Shown piece after piece: positions 11,663 through 25,546 of a stretch of 64,000 nucleotides of DNA. The translations under genes were made by a program, and so were the position numbers. This DNA comes from Azolla caroliniana (Eukaryota; Plantae; Polypodiophyta): NCBI GenBank assembly GCA_043228905.1, contig JBHGNT010000014.1, positions 5,766,001 through 5,830,000 of the forward strand. Direction: 5' to 3'. Position 1 is the first letter of the stretch. Each line of letters starts with the position of its first letter. The notes under the pieces are model-generated. The model searched no databases. It was not told the origin of the DNA and saw only the letters and a program-made list of their open reading frames with translations.

Positions 11663-12955
11663 CAGTCACCTTGAGGCCTATGTCGAAGGACTGACCGTAG
11701 GCAGTGTTCCTAACCAGTAACAAGATGCATAAGAAAGCTAACCCAAAGAGCTTTCCAAGAATATATTGCATGAGAAATTTGGGGCTAGAAAACAGAAATA
11801 GTGAGGAAAAGAAAAGCCGACTCATATAAACAAGCTTTTTTTTAGGGGAAAAAGGCAAGCAATCCTAAACCTATAAATAAGAGCCTATTCTAGTGAAGAA
11901 GGGGGGGAGGGAGAAGGAACACGGAAGCTCTACTCAATTGGAAGGTAAAAGAAGAAGGATCAACAACATCGAGAGGCATCATCAACAAAGAATCACCTTC
12001 TTCTATATTCCACTCTCTTCTTTCCTCCACCTCTCTTACCCCTTCCTTTATAAATGATCTCATATTCATATCAAATCTGTTGTAAAATTGATTCTTATTT
12101 TATAAAAGAATCTATTATATTACAATAAACTAATGTTTGGTTTCACCTATGTATCTTATATGTTATTGTCAATTGAGCTTATTTGTTTGTGTGCCTTGTG
12201 ACAAGGGAGCATTTTGGGCTTGCCCATGCACCTCTCCTTTCATGAAGGCATTCAAACTTACGTGTCTTAAATGTTATTGTCATTTGTGCTTATTTGTTTG
12301 TGTGTCTTGTGACAAGGGAGCGTTTCGGGCTTGCCCATGCACCTCTCCTTTCACAAAGGCATTCAAGATTACGTATCTTATATGTTATTGTCATTTGTGC
12401 TTATTTGTTTGTGTGCCTTGTGACAAGGGAGCATTTCGAGCTTTGCCCATGCACCTCTCCTTTCACAAAGGCATTCAAACTTTTGTATCTTGCATGTTAA
12501 TGTAAATCTTGCTTGTGTGTTCATGCGACTTGTGGCAAGGAAGCGTTCGGGCTTGGCCATGCACCTCTCCTTTCACAAAGGCATTTGAAATTGTATCTCT
12601 CGTGTGTAAACTGTGCTTGTGTGTTCACGTGTCTTGTAACAAGGGAGCGTTTGGGCTTGCCCATGCACCTCTCTTTTCACAAAGGCATTCGAAACTTTGT
12701 CTCTCATGTGTGTAAGTAAGCCTTTTCCTTGTGTGTCCATGTGTAAGCCTTCCTCACGTGCATTCGTCCGCCTTGTGACTAAGGGTTGATTCGGGCTTGC
12801 CCATGCACCTCTCCTTTTCACAAACACGTTCGAATACTCGTGCCTTGTTTGTGTAAGCCTTCCTTGTGTTGTGCGTGTGAGCCCTATTTCCTTCCCGTCC
12901 ATAACCCCGGTGGTTCTGCCTCATGATCCGCACATAGTGACAGATTTTCACGACA
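11663..12955 (+). mobile_element. Distal part of LTR O (Trp-PBS gypsy lineage), host of H
   Basis: TATA CCTATAAATA ~11869; tandem array; terminal ~60 bp nearly identical to the LTR A end (...GATTTTCACGACA). Confidence 0.75.
12150..12850 (+). repeat. Six ~111-bp tandem units (core CTTGTGACAAGGGAGCGTTTCGGGCTTGCCCATGCACCTCTCC)
   Basis: Cores at ~12223, 12334, 12446, 12557, 12660, 12800. Confidence 0.9.
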
Positions 12956-13727
12956 ACAATCCGGACAACCGTTGTCGCGTTGTTACGCGCGTGTGTATAG
13001 AACGAGGCGGGACCACAGGGGTTTTGGACCGAGGAATAACCGATTAGGAGTAGGAGCAAGAAGGACAATGGCCGTGCTTCCACACACACACACACACACA
13101 CAATTACACGGAAACCGCAACCGAAGGAAACAACGGAAACGAGATGAATGCATATATGTATATATATATTATGATGAAAAAGGGGTTACAACCGGCAGGC
13201 CGGTGAGCGACAATCTCCTATGCCTACGCACACGCACACAGAAGAACAAGATGGAGACTCTGCCAGAAGCACTCGGGCATTCTGCGGAGCAGAGTTAGCC
13301 TCCTGAAAACCTGCACAGAGTAAAATACAAAGAAAGACGGAGGAGAAGAGCTCGGTCCCAGTCCAACAGCACTTCGTGCTCGACAAAAGCGATCGCTTTT
13401 TCGATCCCTCTCCCTCTCTTTTATAGCCCAAGGACGGAGGCTATTACAACTTGTTACATCATCTTTATTCTCTGTCCTTTCGGACAGAGATATGCTTCGA
13501 TTTTCTACCTATCAAATCTGTGCGACCTAGGATATTCACATCAGCCGACTTGCACCTAAATATGTACATTACAACAAAACTTGTGCCTGCATGTAAGGGC
13601 TGGTTTGTGCACATCATTCGCCGATTCCACGTAGGGACTATTTTCTCCATGACATCCGCCCCCACCTAACCGCGCATCCACCGGTATGCGCCAAAATAGA
13701 CTCTTGTCAGAGAAGACCGGCCTGCGC

Positions 13728-16700
13728 TTACCCTTCGTCCTCCAGATCGCCATTTGCTCCGAACCGGTTGTCCTCGCTATCCAAGTTGTCCGGGTCCGGT
13801 TCATCCTCGTGCCGCTTTTTGAACGCTTTGATCCTCTTCCCGGCCACCGGTACTGCCACCCTCGTCCCGTCAAGGTCCGTGAGATGGTAGGTCCCATTGT
13901 CGTTGGCGCTTGTCACCACGTAAGGCCCGAACCACCTCCTTGCGAACGTCCGCATCACCTTGTGCTGGTTGTCGAGGCTGCTGTCATATACCAGAACCCA
14001 GTCTCCTTCCTCGATTTTCTTCGGCCTTAGTCGGTGAGTGCAGTCGAATCATTCCTTGTTCTTTACCCTCGCGGCACACAGCTTCTCCGTGGCTCGTTCC
14101 ACATCCTCCGGTCTTCGCTCGAGCTGTCGGATCCGCGCCGCTAATAGTTCCTCCCGGCTCATCTCGTCTCTCCAATCCACCGTGGCCCATGAGGAGATCG
14201 TTCGCTCCATTGGCATGACCCGCTTCTGCCCATACATCAGCTCTGCTGGCATGAACCCGGTTACTGAACTGTGCGTAGTTCGGTCGGCCCACAACGCATA
14301 GGGTAAGAGCCACGACCAGTTTCCGACTTGGCCTCCACATGCCCGTACTAACGCTTTGACGATCGGCCCGTGTCCGCGTTCCACCTTCCCGTGTCCGCTT
14401 TGACGATTGTACGCCGTGGTGAGCGAGAGTTTAACCCCTAGCCGGTCAAACAACTCTTCAGCCTCTTGTGCATCCAGTTCTCGGCGGTCGGCTACGATCT
14501 TTCCTACGCACCCGTACCGGCATACCATTTGTTCGATCAGAAATCGGCACACGGCCGCGGTCCTTTTGTTCGGAAACGCTTGGCCTTCCACCTGATTCGT
14601 CAGGTCCTCTCGAGCCAGCACCAGATATCGCATCTGCCCTACCCCCATCGACATCGTCACCAGATCCACCATCCGCTTGAAGTGGATGGTCGGAGGGTAG
14701 GTCGGGTGGAGCTCGTCCCAATGTCAGACTATGGAGTGCATCTGACAGCTTTCCCAAGCTGTCACAAACCGATGCACATCCTGGTATAGTCCCGACCACC
14801 AATACTTCCCCTTTAGTTTCTCGAATGTGGCCCATGTCTTGGGGTGTCCGGCCCAAGGACTCTCGTGGTACGCCGTCAGTAGTTCCACCTGTTCCTCTTT
14901 CTTCCCCACAACCCAGAGCGGGATGTTGTTTCTCTTCTTCGGGTGCTTCCATATGCACCCATGCCGTAGGAAGAATTGTTACGCTTTCTTCCGAATCCGG
15001 TTGGTCTCTTCCTTCGTCCACGCCACGTCCGGAGTCATTGTCCTCAAGAACCCGCCGATCTGGAGCCACTCCCCGTCGTACTTGCTCTCGTCGAACTCAT
15101 TAAGTGCCGGAGCGCTCCCCTTCCTCGTTGTTACGTAAGACGTCTCGAAGAAGTCCATGCCGACTTCTTCGTCCTCCGAAACCATGCCCCGTCCTCATCA
15201 TTGAATCTTGCCCTCGGAAGCATGTCGGCCATGGCGTTGACTTTTCCGGGAATGTGTCGTATTTCTGAATTTAGGGACTTGATGTACACTATCCACCTGA
15301 GCATTGCTAGGTCCGGCATTGCGCATCCGGAAACCATACCCAGAATCGGCAGGCAGTCTGTCTCAATTATCACCTTCATCCCGATCAGATAGTCTTTGTC
15401 AGGCTTGATAGCCGAAACGATACCCCAGAGTTCGCGTTTAACTTGGGCGTAGCCTCGTTGTCGTTCACTGAGGACTTTCGCGCCGAACTGGATGGGGAAC
15501 CTCGTGCCATTCTCATCCTCCTGATTGATCACCCATCCCATTCCGGTCGGACTCGTGTCTATGGTCACGTAAATCGGAATGTGTTTACCGTAGACCGCTT
15601 TCCGGAGTGTCGGCGCCTCATCAAGTGCTTCTTTTATTTTCCGGACTGACTCCGTATGCTCCTCTTTCCACTCGAATTTACGCCCTTTCTTCAGTAATCC
15701 ATAGAGCGGCTCCGCAACGTGGGCGTAATGCAGGATCCTGATATGGTAGAACGTGCATGCTCCCAAGAATCTCTGGACTTCCGTGACCGAATTGCAGTCT
15801 CGCTTCATCGCGGAGTGGCCTCTACTTTGGCCGGCGACGGTTTCCGACCGAATGGCCCGCATAGGTATCTGACGACCATGATCTCCGATTGCCCGAAGGC
15901 CGATTTTTACCCGGAGAAGGTGAGCCTCGCGCCCTCTAGTCTTTGTAGCACCTTCTCGTAGTCATCGACGTGGTCCGCCAGGAACTTCCGGCATCCGTCT
16001 GGTCCGATTGTCTCGTCCTTATCCTCCACCAGGCATCCTTTGATCGGATGTCATCTAAGAATGGCATGGTGATGTCCGGGATACAATTCCTTAGCACTTT
16101 GTTCATTGCATTCACCATGTGGACGACCGAGTTTGTCCCTCCTTGCGGAAGGGTACTCATCTGTACTAGGCCGAGAGGAGTCCGCATCATCGTAATGTCC
16201 CTGCTCTCCATGGCTAGCTGGAACTAATCGTATCCCGAGTACAGATCACCGACCGAGTAAATTGACCTTCCGGCGAAGGCCTCCGCGAACTCGTCTATGG
16301 TTGGTCCGATCCCTGAGTTCCGAATGGTCACCTTGTTGACCGGTTGCAGGTCCTGAATGAAGCGCAGCGTGCCGTTCTTCTTGGGCACGGTAAACCACCG
16401 ATTAGAATATGGGGCACTCGACGGTTCGAGTATGCCCATATCCACCTTTTGTTTCAGCAGCTCCATCAGCTTCGGGATGTGAGGTTCCACGGTACATGCG
16501 GTACCGTGAAGATCACCATTGGTTCCACGGTACTGGAATCAGTTTGAGGTTCCACGGTACTGGAATCAGTTTGAGGTTCCACGGTACATGCGGTACCGTG
16601 AAGATCACCATTGGTTCCACAATCGTCGGGTCTACGCACCCGATCTCCTCCGGCGAGAATGCGAAGGCCTTTCTGTGCCTCCCGAGCATTCTCCGAAACC

Positions 16701-17271
16701 AGTCCTCCTCTGCCAGCAGTAGAAAGCCACCCCCACCGACCTTGAGCTCTCGTAGAGTTATGTCGGTGAATCGGTGTCCTATGCCAGCCGGATCTCGTAA
16801 ACTTGGGTCTGACGCGACCCCTTTCATCCGTAACTCGCTGCCCTCCGGCAAGGGTGCCGCGACTGGCCTCACCTTCCGGTCCACAGTCTTGTACTTCGTA
16901 TCCACTCGGGCCGTCTGATCCGACTCAAGTCCTCTACCGAAGTCGGCGATGACTTCGTACATCTTTTCCGAACATACCGGAATTGTCCGATTTTCACTAA
17001 GGCCCTCTCTAAACATCTTCTGTAACTTCCCCAAGGTGTCATCAAGAGAGACCACCTCCACGGCTCTGCTGATTTCCTCTTTGGGGGCGAGAACTCCGTA
17101 TGCCCTGAGTCGCTCTTCTGCCTGCTTCTTCTCCCGGCCAACGACGCCGGCTATTGTACAACCTCCGCAGTCGGAGAACCAAAACTTCCAACCTATGTTA
17201 CAAGTGTGGGGTTCTTCCGGGGTGTCCGGACTATGGAGGCCCCACGCCTTGATAGACCTCTCTAAAAATCC
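13728..17271 (-). pseudogene. pol: D pol (RT-RNaseH-INT)
   Basis: LRFIQDLQPVN, LPQGGTNSV, PFLDDI, DTSPTG, HESPWAGH, VERGHGP, RWFGPY; several stops and frameshifts. Confidence 0.92.
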
Positions 17272-19188
17272 CCTCGGCTCTTGCCGCCGAGGGTCTCACG
17301 GTTATGCTCATGGTTCGGCCTCACCGTCAAAAATTGAATGGAGCGTTGTCCGTCCTGGCTCTTCACGCGCACGTGCGCTGATCCGTTGTTGAGCACCTTC
17401 GTTTCAATCCGTGCCTCCATAATGTATGGCTCGCCGAGTATCACCGGGTGCGAGGAGGTCTCCTACACAAAGAAGTGTTGATCTATCTCAACGTCACCGA
17501 TCTTTACGCATACATTCGGCCATGCACCATGTAGCTCCTCCGTAGCGCGCGTTGCTGCCCGTATCTTCCACCCATGCTTGGTGTTGATCGGCCACTTTCC
17601 CTTCTTGTAGAAGTGCATGGACATCAAGTTGATCTCCGAACCGTTGTCTACCAACGCCACCACCGGCTCCTGGACGTCCCCGATCCGAACAGGGGTTTCC
17701 GTAGTGGCCCTAGCCCAATGTAGCCTCGAGTAGTGGCTTTCCGCCAACTCGTCCTCCAGGGTCATGTCTTCTAGGTGCGTCGTTCGCACCTCCACCAGCT
17801 TCTCCGGCTCCGGCTCTGTTAAAAGCCTTTTCCGCTTCACCAAGTCTACGATGGAGTCATGGTACTCCTGCTTGGCGATACCGAGCACTTCCCTTAGCGA
17901 CAACTCCACTTTGTTGTCGAGGATCCGTTCCTCGAGGACCTTTCGTAGGTCCATGGTCCTTTCGATCTCCGTGCTCAACCGGTAACCGGCCTTCTTGGCC
18001 TTGTCCGGTGCGCCGGATGCACCGATATCATTCTACTTCGGCCCGAACCGGGTCTCAAACCGTTGTGAGGGTCCAACCCCCCCGGTACTTCCCCCGTGCT
18101 TGTCTTCCACAAGAACCTCATAGTTCTTGCACGCGGCTTCCACGAAGCCCATCTTCTCTTCAACCGGGTCACTCCACCCAGTTACCTCCCAGACCCGTCT
18201 TTCCGCGCGGTGCGCTTCCTCTTTCCTTACCCATACGCCGGCTAGGCCTTCCAGCATCAACGGCCAAAACTCGAAGTCCTTTGTTTTCTGGCCTTCATCA
18301 CTCCCGACCCGGATTCCCGCCGACGCCGAGTAGTGGATGGTCTCCGTGTGGCGAGCTGCCGCTTCCTCCATCAGCTGTTTCATCCCCCCTCGTTCACAGT
18401 TCAGATCTAGGGCCCTCCGGGTTTCGCTAGCGTGTACCCACCCATTCCACAGGTACACCACATTGGCCCTTATTGCGTCGGCGAAGTCCCCGCAGTCCTT
18501 TCGGGCGTGGCCGACTGCGTCGCACCACAAGCACCGATGCCCAGCCGGAGGCCTTCGGTCACGGGCTTGTTCACCGTCGTCCCTCCGTCCCTGCGCAATC
18601 TAGAGGTCCCTCACCATATGAGTCAAGTCCTCCGGACGGGCCTTTGACCACGTTGGTCGAAGTCGAGCCGGCCTCGAGCCAGTCTCGGGGCTCCTCCCTT
18701 CGCGCCAGTGGGGGTAACTCGGGCTTCCTTGCCGCAACAGAGCCCGCCCTTGACGAGCCTTTATCGACCCAACCATGTCGTTTGTCGAAACGACCGGATA
18801 CGTTTCTCCCCTTTTCGGGGGTCTCCACCCATTCCATGAAGTCCTGCTTCGATAGCCGAAGCACGTCATCAAGCCCGTATTTCCCAAGAAGCCAACCTTC
18901 AAACTCTTCCCAGGTCCGGCTCTCAGCCCGTACCTTGAGCACCTCCGCGTGGATGCTCGGCATCGCCACCCGAGGGAATCCGTCCAGTCGCCTATCTTCC
19001 GGAATGTCCCTCATCACCATTTCGGCTTGGTAGGCCTCCAAGTAGCTCATAGCGTCCTTTCCATTGAACCGGCCTTTCGCACGGACAATTGTTTCAATGG
19101 CCCTATCGAGGGCGCCCGTGCCTTCACGCGCACTCACTAATTGATCTACAACTGAAGTCATGGCTTTTGTAAGCTCCGTTCCCCTCAT
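17262..19188 (-). pseudogene. gag: D gag-protease
   Basis: CMWCDAVGHARKDC-type zinc knuckle; ALVDNGSEINLM aspartic protease; ends RGDF*. Confidence 0.88.
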
Positions 19189-19822
19189 CTTTTCTATTCC
19201 TCTACCGCCTGTTACGTCGGATTCACCAAATATGTCGCGTTGTTACGCGCGTGCGTATAGAACGAGGCGGGACCACGAGGGTCTTGGACTGAGGAATAAC
19301 TATTACCGGCCGACAAGAAGGCTTAAGGAGGTCCAAACTAGGGTGTGAAAGGAATAGTTTATTCGGGAACTGTTGTAATTAGTAGTCTTAAAATATATAG
19401 TAATATATGAGAAGATGTGGACGGACGGATCGGAATCGGTATGTCGATCCGGAACCGGATCCGGACCGATCCCGAAAAGGTGCCGGTTGGCACCGTTTTG
19501 TATTTCGCACCGGAGACCTATATAAAGGCCCGGTTACAATGTAATCGAGAGCGGATAATTAATAGAGCTTATTGTCTTAATCTTCCAGTTTTGATTACCG
19601 TTCTGTATTCATTGTTATATCTTACGCGTGTTAATTACGAATTGCTAAGTAACCAATTAAGGTCTAATTAAGCGTTGTGCCGTAAGTCATTCTGTCGTAC
19701 CACCCTTTGGTGAAGGGTCTTAAGTGGACACCCTGTGTTAGGCTATTGTCCGGCCCTAGGATTAACACAGTTTTTGGCGACCGCGATTCCTCCACAATCG
19801 CAGTGAACAGTGGCAGGAATGG

Positions 19823-22800
19823 ATGACTAGGCCAACAGACGACCCGGTTACGGAGAGAGCACAAAGACTTGCTGAACAGAGAAGGCGGCGAGAGGCTTTC
19901 CAGCAAGCAGCGGAAGAAATCCAAACGGATCAATCATTTTCCAAAGTGATCTAGAAAGTGGCGGAGGAGTCACTCCGTTTGCAACAAAACGTCTACCTGG
20001 ACGAAGGAAGCAGCATAAGCAGTCTCCGGGAAGCGGAAACCCTTCTCTAGGCCTTGGCCGGAAGAGACGGTGAATCCGAAGCATTTTCAGCGCTGGAATC
20101 GGATTCGGAAGGGGGTTACAGCACGCACACGAACTATCGCAGTAGTAACGACACCCCAGGAGGACCGGAGGACGAGGAGTCAGATACATTACCGACACCG
20201 GAACCAGAGTTGGCGGATCGGGAACCTCCGGCACTAGACGTTGAGCAACCTCTGGAGACAGAAAAAGACCGGCAAAAACCTCCAACACCGGAAGTTGAGC
20301 CGGCAACACCAAAGGAAGACCGGCAAAGACCTCCGACGCCGACGGAACAACAGGAAAGACCACCGACACCACCAGCCCGCGTACCGACACCGGACGACGA
20401 AATGTCGTTCCAGTACTCCAAGTATAGGGATGATCCGGACGTGGAGGCTCATGTTCACGCGTTTCAACAAACATGGGAGGCGAACCATGTGTCACAACGG
20501 TTAATCGCGGCAGAAGAGGAACGATCTAAGATAGCCGAATTCGGCGTGACATTGGAAGGACCGGCCGCCAGATGGCACCGGACGCAGGATCGCAGCACCA
20601 TCACCACCTTTGCGGACCTGAAAGATAAATTCTTGCACTTCTTTCAGAAGGAGGTGGACCAAAGAGAAATGGTGGGCCTATTTTATACCATCCGGCAGGA
20701 CCCCGGGGAGAGCATTCCGTAGTTTGTCATCCGGTTTCAACAGATGCACAGTCAGCTTACCCGCGCACCTCCGAAGGAAGAAATGCATGCTATATTTTTA
20801 GCCGCGCTCCAGGAACCTCTACGAACGGTATGCATGGTCATCGACTTTCGCACAAGCACCGTCGACCAGGTCATCGACCGGGTTAGAGAAATGGAGAAAA
20901 CGAGCTCTTGGCTAACAATGGGAGCCCTCCAACGAGCATTACCAACTGATGCGGATCTCAGTTTCCGGCAAGCAATCCAATGCACGACTTGCTTGAATTC
21001 TGGACACTCGTCACTAGAGTGCACCATGTGGACGCACTGCTTACTCTGCCAATCTACGAGCCACACGATGGACCGGTGTGAATATAACTTATTGAATCGG
21101 CAAGCACCACCAGTCCGACAAATCGAGCCACGTAGCAGCCGAGACGAAGAAGACGTACGATGGCGGCGAGAGGAACGATATCGACCGGCAGAGGATGTCC
21201 AGTACGACGATCGGCGAGACAACTATGACCAGTACAAGAGATATGACAAGTACCGAGATTACAATGGGTGGTACGAGCATCACAACCGGGATCACTCCCC
21301 CGGGTATCACCAACGACGGGAGGATTACAGGAGATATGACGACCAACCTGGCAAGGGTACCGTAACAAAAAGAACTTTAATAAAAAACGGCATTTCAAAA
21401 ACGGGAGTCACCCACAGGAACCGGAAAAAGGCGCCTCAAGCAGCCAACCGGACCAGAGCCCCGCGGTTACCACAGGTCCTCCACCGGGTACAGGAAACAA
21501 TGCCGAATTCAGCAATACCCGGAAAGCATATTGCTATTATTGCCGGCAAGAAGGACATTATAGTAATCAATGTCCGGCAAAGAGCTATGATAAGCGACCG
21601 ACAGTAAACATGGTAGTCGCCGAAGTCGCAGACCTACAGCAGGTCACGACAAGGTCGAAGGGCAAGACGACGGAATGGGAGACACAAGAGGCCATCCGGA
21701 AACAGGCAACGGAATGGGTGAAAAAGGCAAATAAACGAAACGTAGCAGAACTTGCGCAGCAAAAGGAGAACACCGAAGAGCTCGCCGGCGGCTGGTAGTC
21801 CGAAAACGCGACATGGCAGGCATTGCAGGAATGCCAGATCACGCTGCCGTTAGGACGACTCTTGCAGCTAGTACCAAGATTCACAAAAGGACTCAAGCCC
21901 GGCATGACGACAGGCGGCACACCACCGGCTCCGGCATTCTTCTCAAATTCGGAGGAAGGACCGGCGGTGGTGGACACCAACAGTCCAGCAATTACGGCCA
22001 TTGTGAAAGGGAAAGAACTCCCCGACACGATAATAGATGGAGGCTCTAGCGTTAATGTAATAAGCCTCCGGACGTGCGATGCTCTTGGAATCCAAGAGTG
22101 GGAGCCATGTCCGTTCTAGCTCCGAATGGTGGACACAAGCTCGGTGCGACCGACAAGATTAATACGGGACTTAGAAGTAACCATCGGGGGCCACACATTC
22201 CGAATCTCAGCTGTAGTTCTCTAGTTGTAGGCTCAAGGAGCGTACCCATTATTGTTGGGATGCCCTTGGTTAAAGACGGCACACATCAAGCAGAACTCGA
22301 GGAGGAATATGATTACGTTCCGGCGGGGAAAAGCGAAGGTACGGGTACCAACACAACCAAGGAAGGGCACCGGCAAGGATCTGACACCGTTATATGCGGA
22401 GTGCATCAATATGCTGGAAGGATTAGCAGACGAAGAAGAAGATCAATACTTGCGGGAGAACCCGAAGATTGTACCCCTATTCGAAATTGACGTTGTCGAA
22501 GCGGTATCACCCTACTTATTGCAACTAGACGGAACTGGATAAAGAAGCAATCTGGGAGTTACGGCAAGCGTAGGAGGCGTTGGAAAGAGAAATGGCCATA
22601 TCACAGCGCGTAAAAGCATCTCAATTAGAAGAGGTAAATCTAGGAACGGCGGAGGAGGCAAAACCGGTGCACATCGCCAAAGAAATGAATGCAGAGAACA
22701 AAACGACGATAATTACACTCCTCAACGAGTTTCACGACATATTTGCCTGGTCTTACGAGGATATGAGAGGGTTGGATCCTCAGTTGTATCAGCACCAGAT

Positions 22801-25546
22801 ACATCTGAGCAAAGACGCCAAGCCGGTAGCACAATGTCGGTACCGGATGAACCCAAACTACGCCGCCAAAGGAGGAAATCGACAAATTGCTGAGGGTTGG
22901 CTTCATGCGTCCCGTAAAGAAATCTACATGGCTGAGCCCAATCGTAGTTGTACCGAAGAAGAACAACAAAATTAGAGTTTGTGTCGACTACCGGAAGCTC
23001 AATGCGGCAACGGTAACGGATGCATTTCCACTTCTGTTTACGGATGGAGTTTTGGATGCCGTCGCCGGCCATGAAGTCTACAGTTTCTTAGACGGATTCA
23101 ACGGGTATAATCAGATCCGGATGCACCCTGATGATCAAGAGAAAACGGCTTTCGTCACTGAATGGGGAGTGTTTGTTGCCGTTGTGATGATGTTCGGACT
23201 GAAAACGACACCAGCAACATTCCAACGGATCATCATGGAGATCTTTGGTGAATACATACCGGCTTTTATGCAGGCGTTCCTTGACGACTTCGCCATCTAT
23301 AGCCGAGAAGAAGATCATTTGCAGCATCTCAGACTATGTCTAGAGAAGTGTAGGGCGTACCGGCTAAGCTTGAATCCGGTGAAGTGTGTATTTGGAGTAT
23401 CCAACGGAACGCTGCTAGGGCATATTGTGAGCAAGGAAGGCATTGCCATAGATCTGGACAAAGTCAAAGCAATCCTGGAAGCACCGGCACCGGCAACGGC
23501 AAAGGCATTGAGCTGTTTTTTAGGACAAATCCGCTGGCATAGCCGTATGCTCCAATATTTGGCGGACCTGGCTACACCTCTGCATGTGGCAGTACACCGA
23601 ACACCGTTCCAATGGACAGACGTCGAAGACAAGGCGTACCGGGCACTAAAGGTATTATTGTCACAAGCACCGGTAGTGCAACCTTCGGATTGGAGTAAAG
23701 AGTTTTCATGTGTTCGTGCATGCCTCCGACATCGCAATCGGCAGCACGCTCATGCAGCTTACCGAGCCAAGGTGGTACCGGCCAGTGTACTATGCCAGCC
23801 TGAAGCTATCCTAAGCAGAACGAAATTATTCTACCATAGAAAATGAAGCTTTAGGAATGACCTACAATGTAACAAAATTCAGGCATTATTTATTGGGAAG
23901 AAAGTTCTCCTTCCAGGTAGATCATTCGGCACTCCTCTACCCAGTATCCAAAGCGTCACTTACCGGTAAGTTGGCCCGGTGGACCTTATTGTTGTAGGAG
24001 TTCGAATTCAAGATATTCCACCGACCCGGCATACAGCATGCAGTAGCAGATTATCTAAGCTGGTTAGATTCCGGGGAGACGGGTGACGGAGTACCGGACG
24101 AGTTTCTGGATGCAGAGCTTTTTCGAGTCACCACGGAAACGACAACAGATGAAACGGTGGCACAAGAAGATAAGTGGCTAACTAATATCCACCAGTTTCT
24201 GAGTACTGGATTGCCTCCGGAGGAGATGAACCGGGACGAGAGAAAACGCTTGGTGGTGTAAAGCCGGCACTTCTGTTTATTACAAGACACGCTATACCAC
24301 AAAGGTGCAGACTGTATATGGCGATGCGCGGTGCGTAGCGACGAGAAGGAGGCAATACTATGGGAAGCACACTGCGGAGCCGTCGGAGGCCATTATGCCG
24401 GAGATGTGACGGCAAGGAAAGTATGGCATAGTGACCTATGGTGGCCGACGACATTGAAAGATGCAGTTCGGTATGCGAAGGAGTGTGATCTATGCCAACG
24501 AATGGGTTAGCCAATGGAACAAGCTAGGATGCCACACTAGGCAGTCCTACCACTAGAACCATTCCAGAAATGGGGGCTAGATTTTATCGGGCCATTTAAA
24601 CCACCGGCAATGAGAACTGGCAACTGGTACGTGATCGTCGCGACGGATTACTGCACTAAGTGGGTGGAAGCGAAAGCCCTACGAGACAACACCGCGATGT
24701 TAATGGCGAAATTCTTATATGAATGCATTTGGTGCCGGTATGGATGCCCCATAGAACTGATAAGCGACCAAGGAGGGCACTTTCTTGGACAGGTGGTAGA
24801 AAGTTTGACGACGTTATATGCGGTAGTACATAAACGGAGCACCCCGTACTACCCACAAGCCAACAGATTAGCGGAGTCAACAAACAAAACGCTACAGAAT
24901 ATCCTGCGCAAGATCGTGAATGAAAATCGGACAGATTGGGACACGAAGCTGCACAGTGCGCTCTGGGCTTTACTGGACAACGTACAAAACAAGCATCCGA
25001 ACAACGCCGTTCTGGTTAGCATTCGGATTAGAGGCAGTCATGCCGGTCGAATTCCAGGTACCGAGCTTACGGATTCAGATTCGGGAATGACTCAATGAAA
25101 AGGAATCGGAGGCAATTCGGTTAAAGGCTCTGTGTGAACTAGAAGAACACCGACTGGCGAGCATCATGCACTTGGAATTGGAACAACGGCGACGGAAAGC
25201 ATTTGTAGATCGGCACTGGAAGGGAAATGAGAAAATGTTCGAAATCGGCAAGCCGGTACTAGTGTTCCAGACCCGGATGGGTAAAATGCCAAGCAAACTA
25301 CGGTTTAGATGGACCGGACCGTACTGGATCACACGCGAGTTCAATGGATCCTACCAGTTAGGGACACTTGCTGGCGAAGTGCAGGGTAAATGGGTCAACG
25401 GATTTAGACTAAAACCATACAAAGGACCTATGCCCAAGAACCCATTTGAACGAAGGACCGACACTGAATCGGACGCTGGCAGGCCAACGAAGACGGCAAC
25501 CTGTGAGGAAAACGGGTACCACCAAGCTGGTAAGGAGGAGCACTAG
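19823..25546 (+). pseudogene. G gag-pol (gag with three CCHC-like knuckles, PR, RT, RH, INT)
   Basis: IIDGGSSVNVI; VCVDYRKLN..DAFPL; FLDDFAIYS; ATDYCTKWVEA; ISDQGGHF; RWTGPY. Confidence 0.93.
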
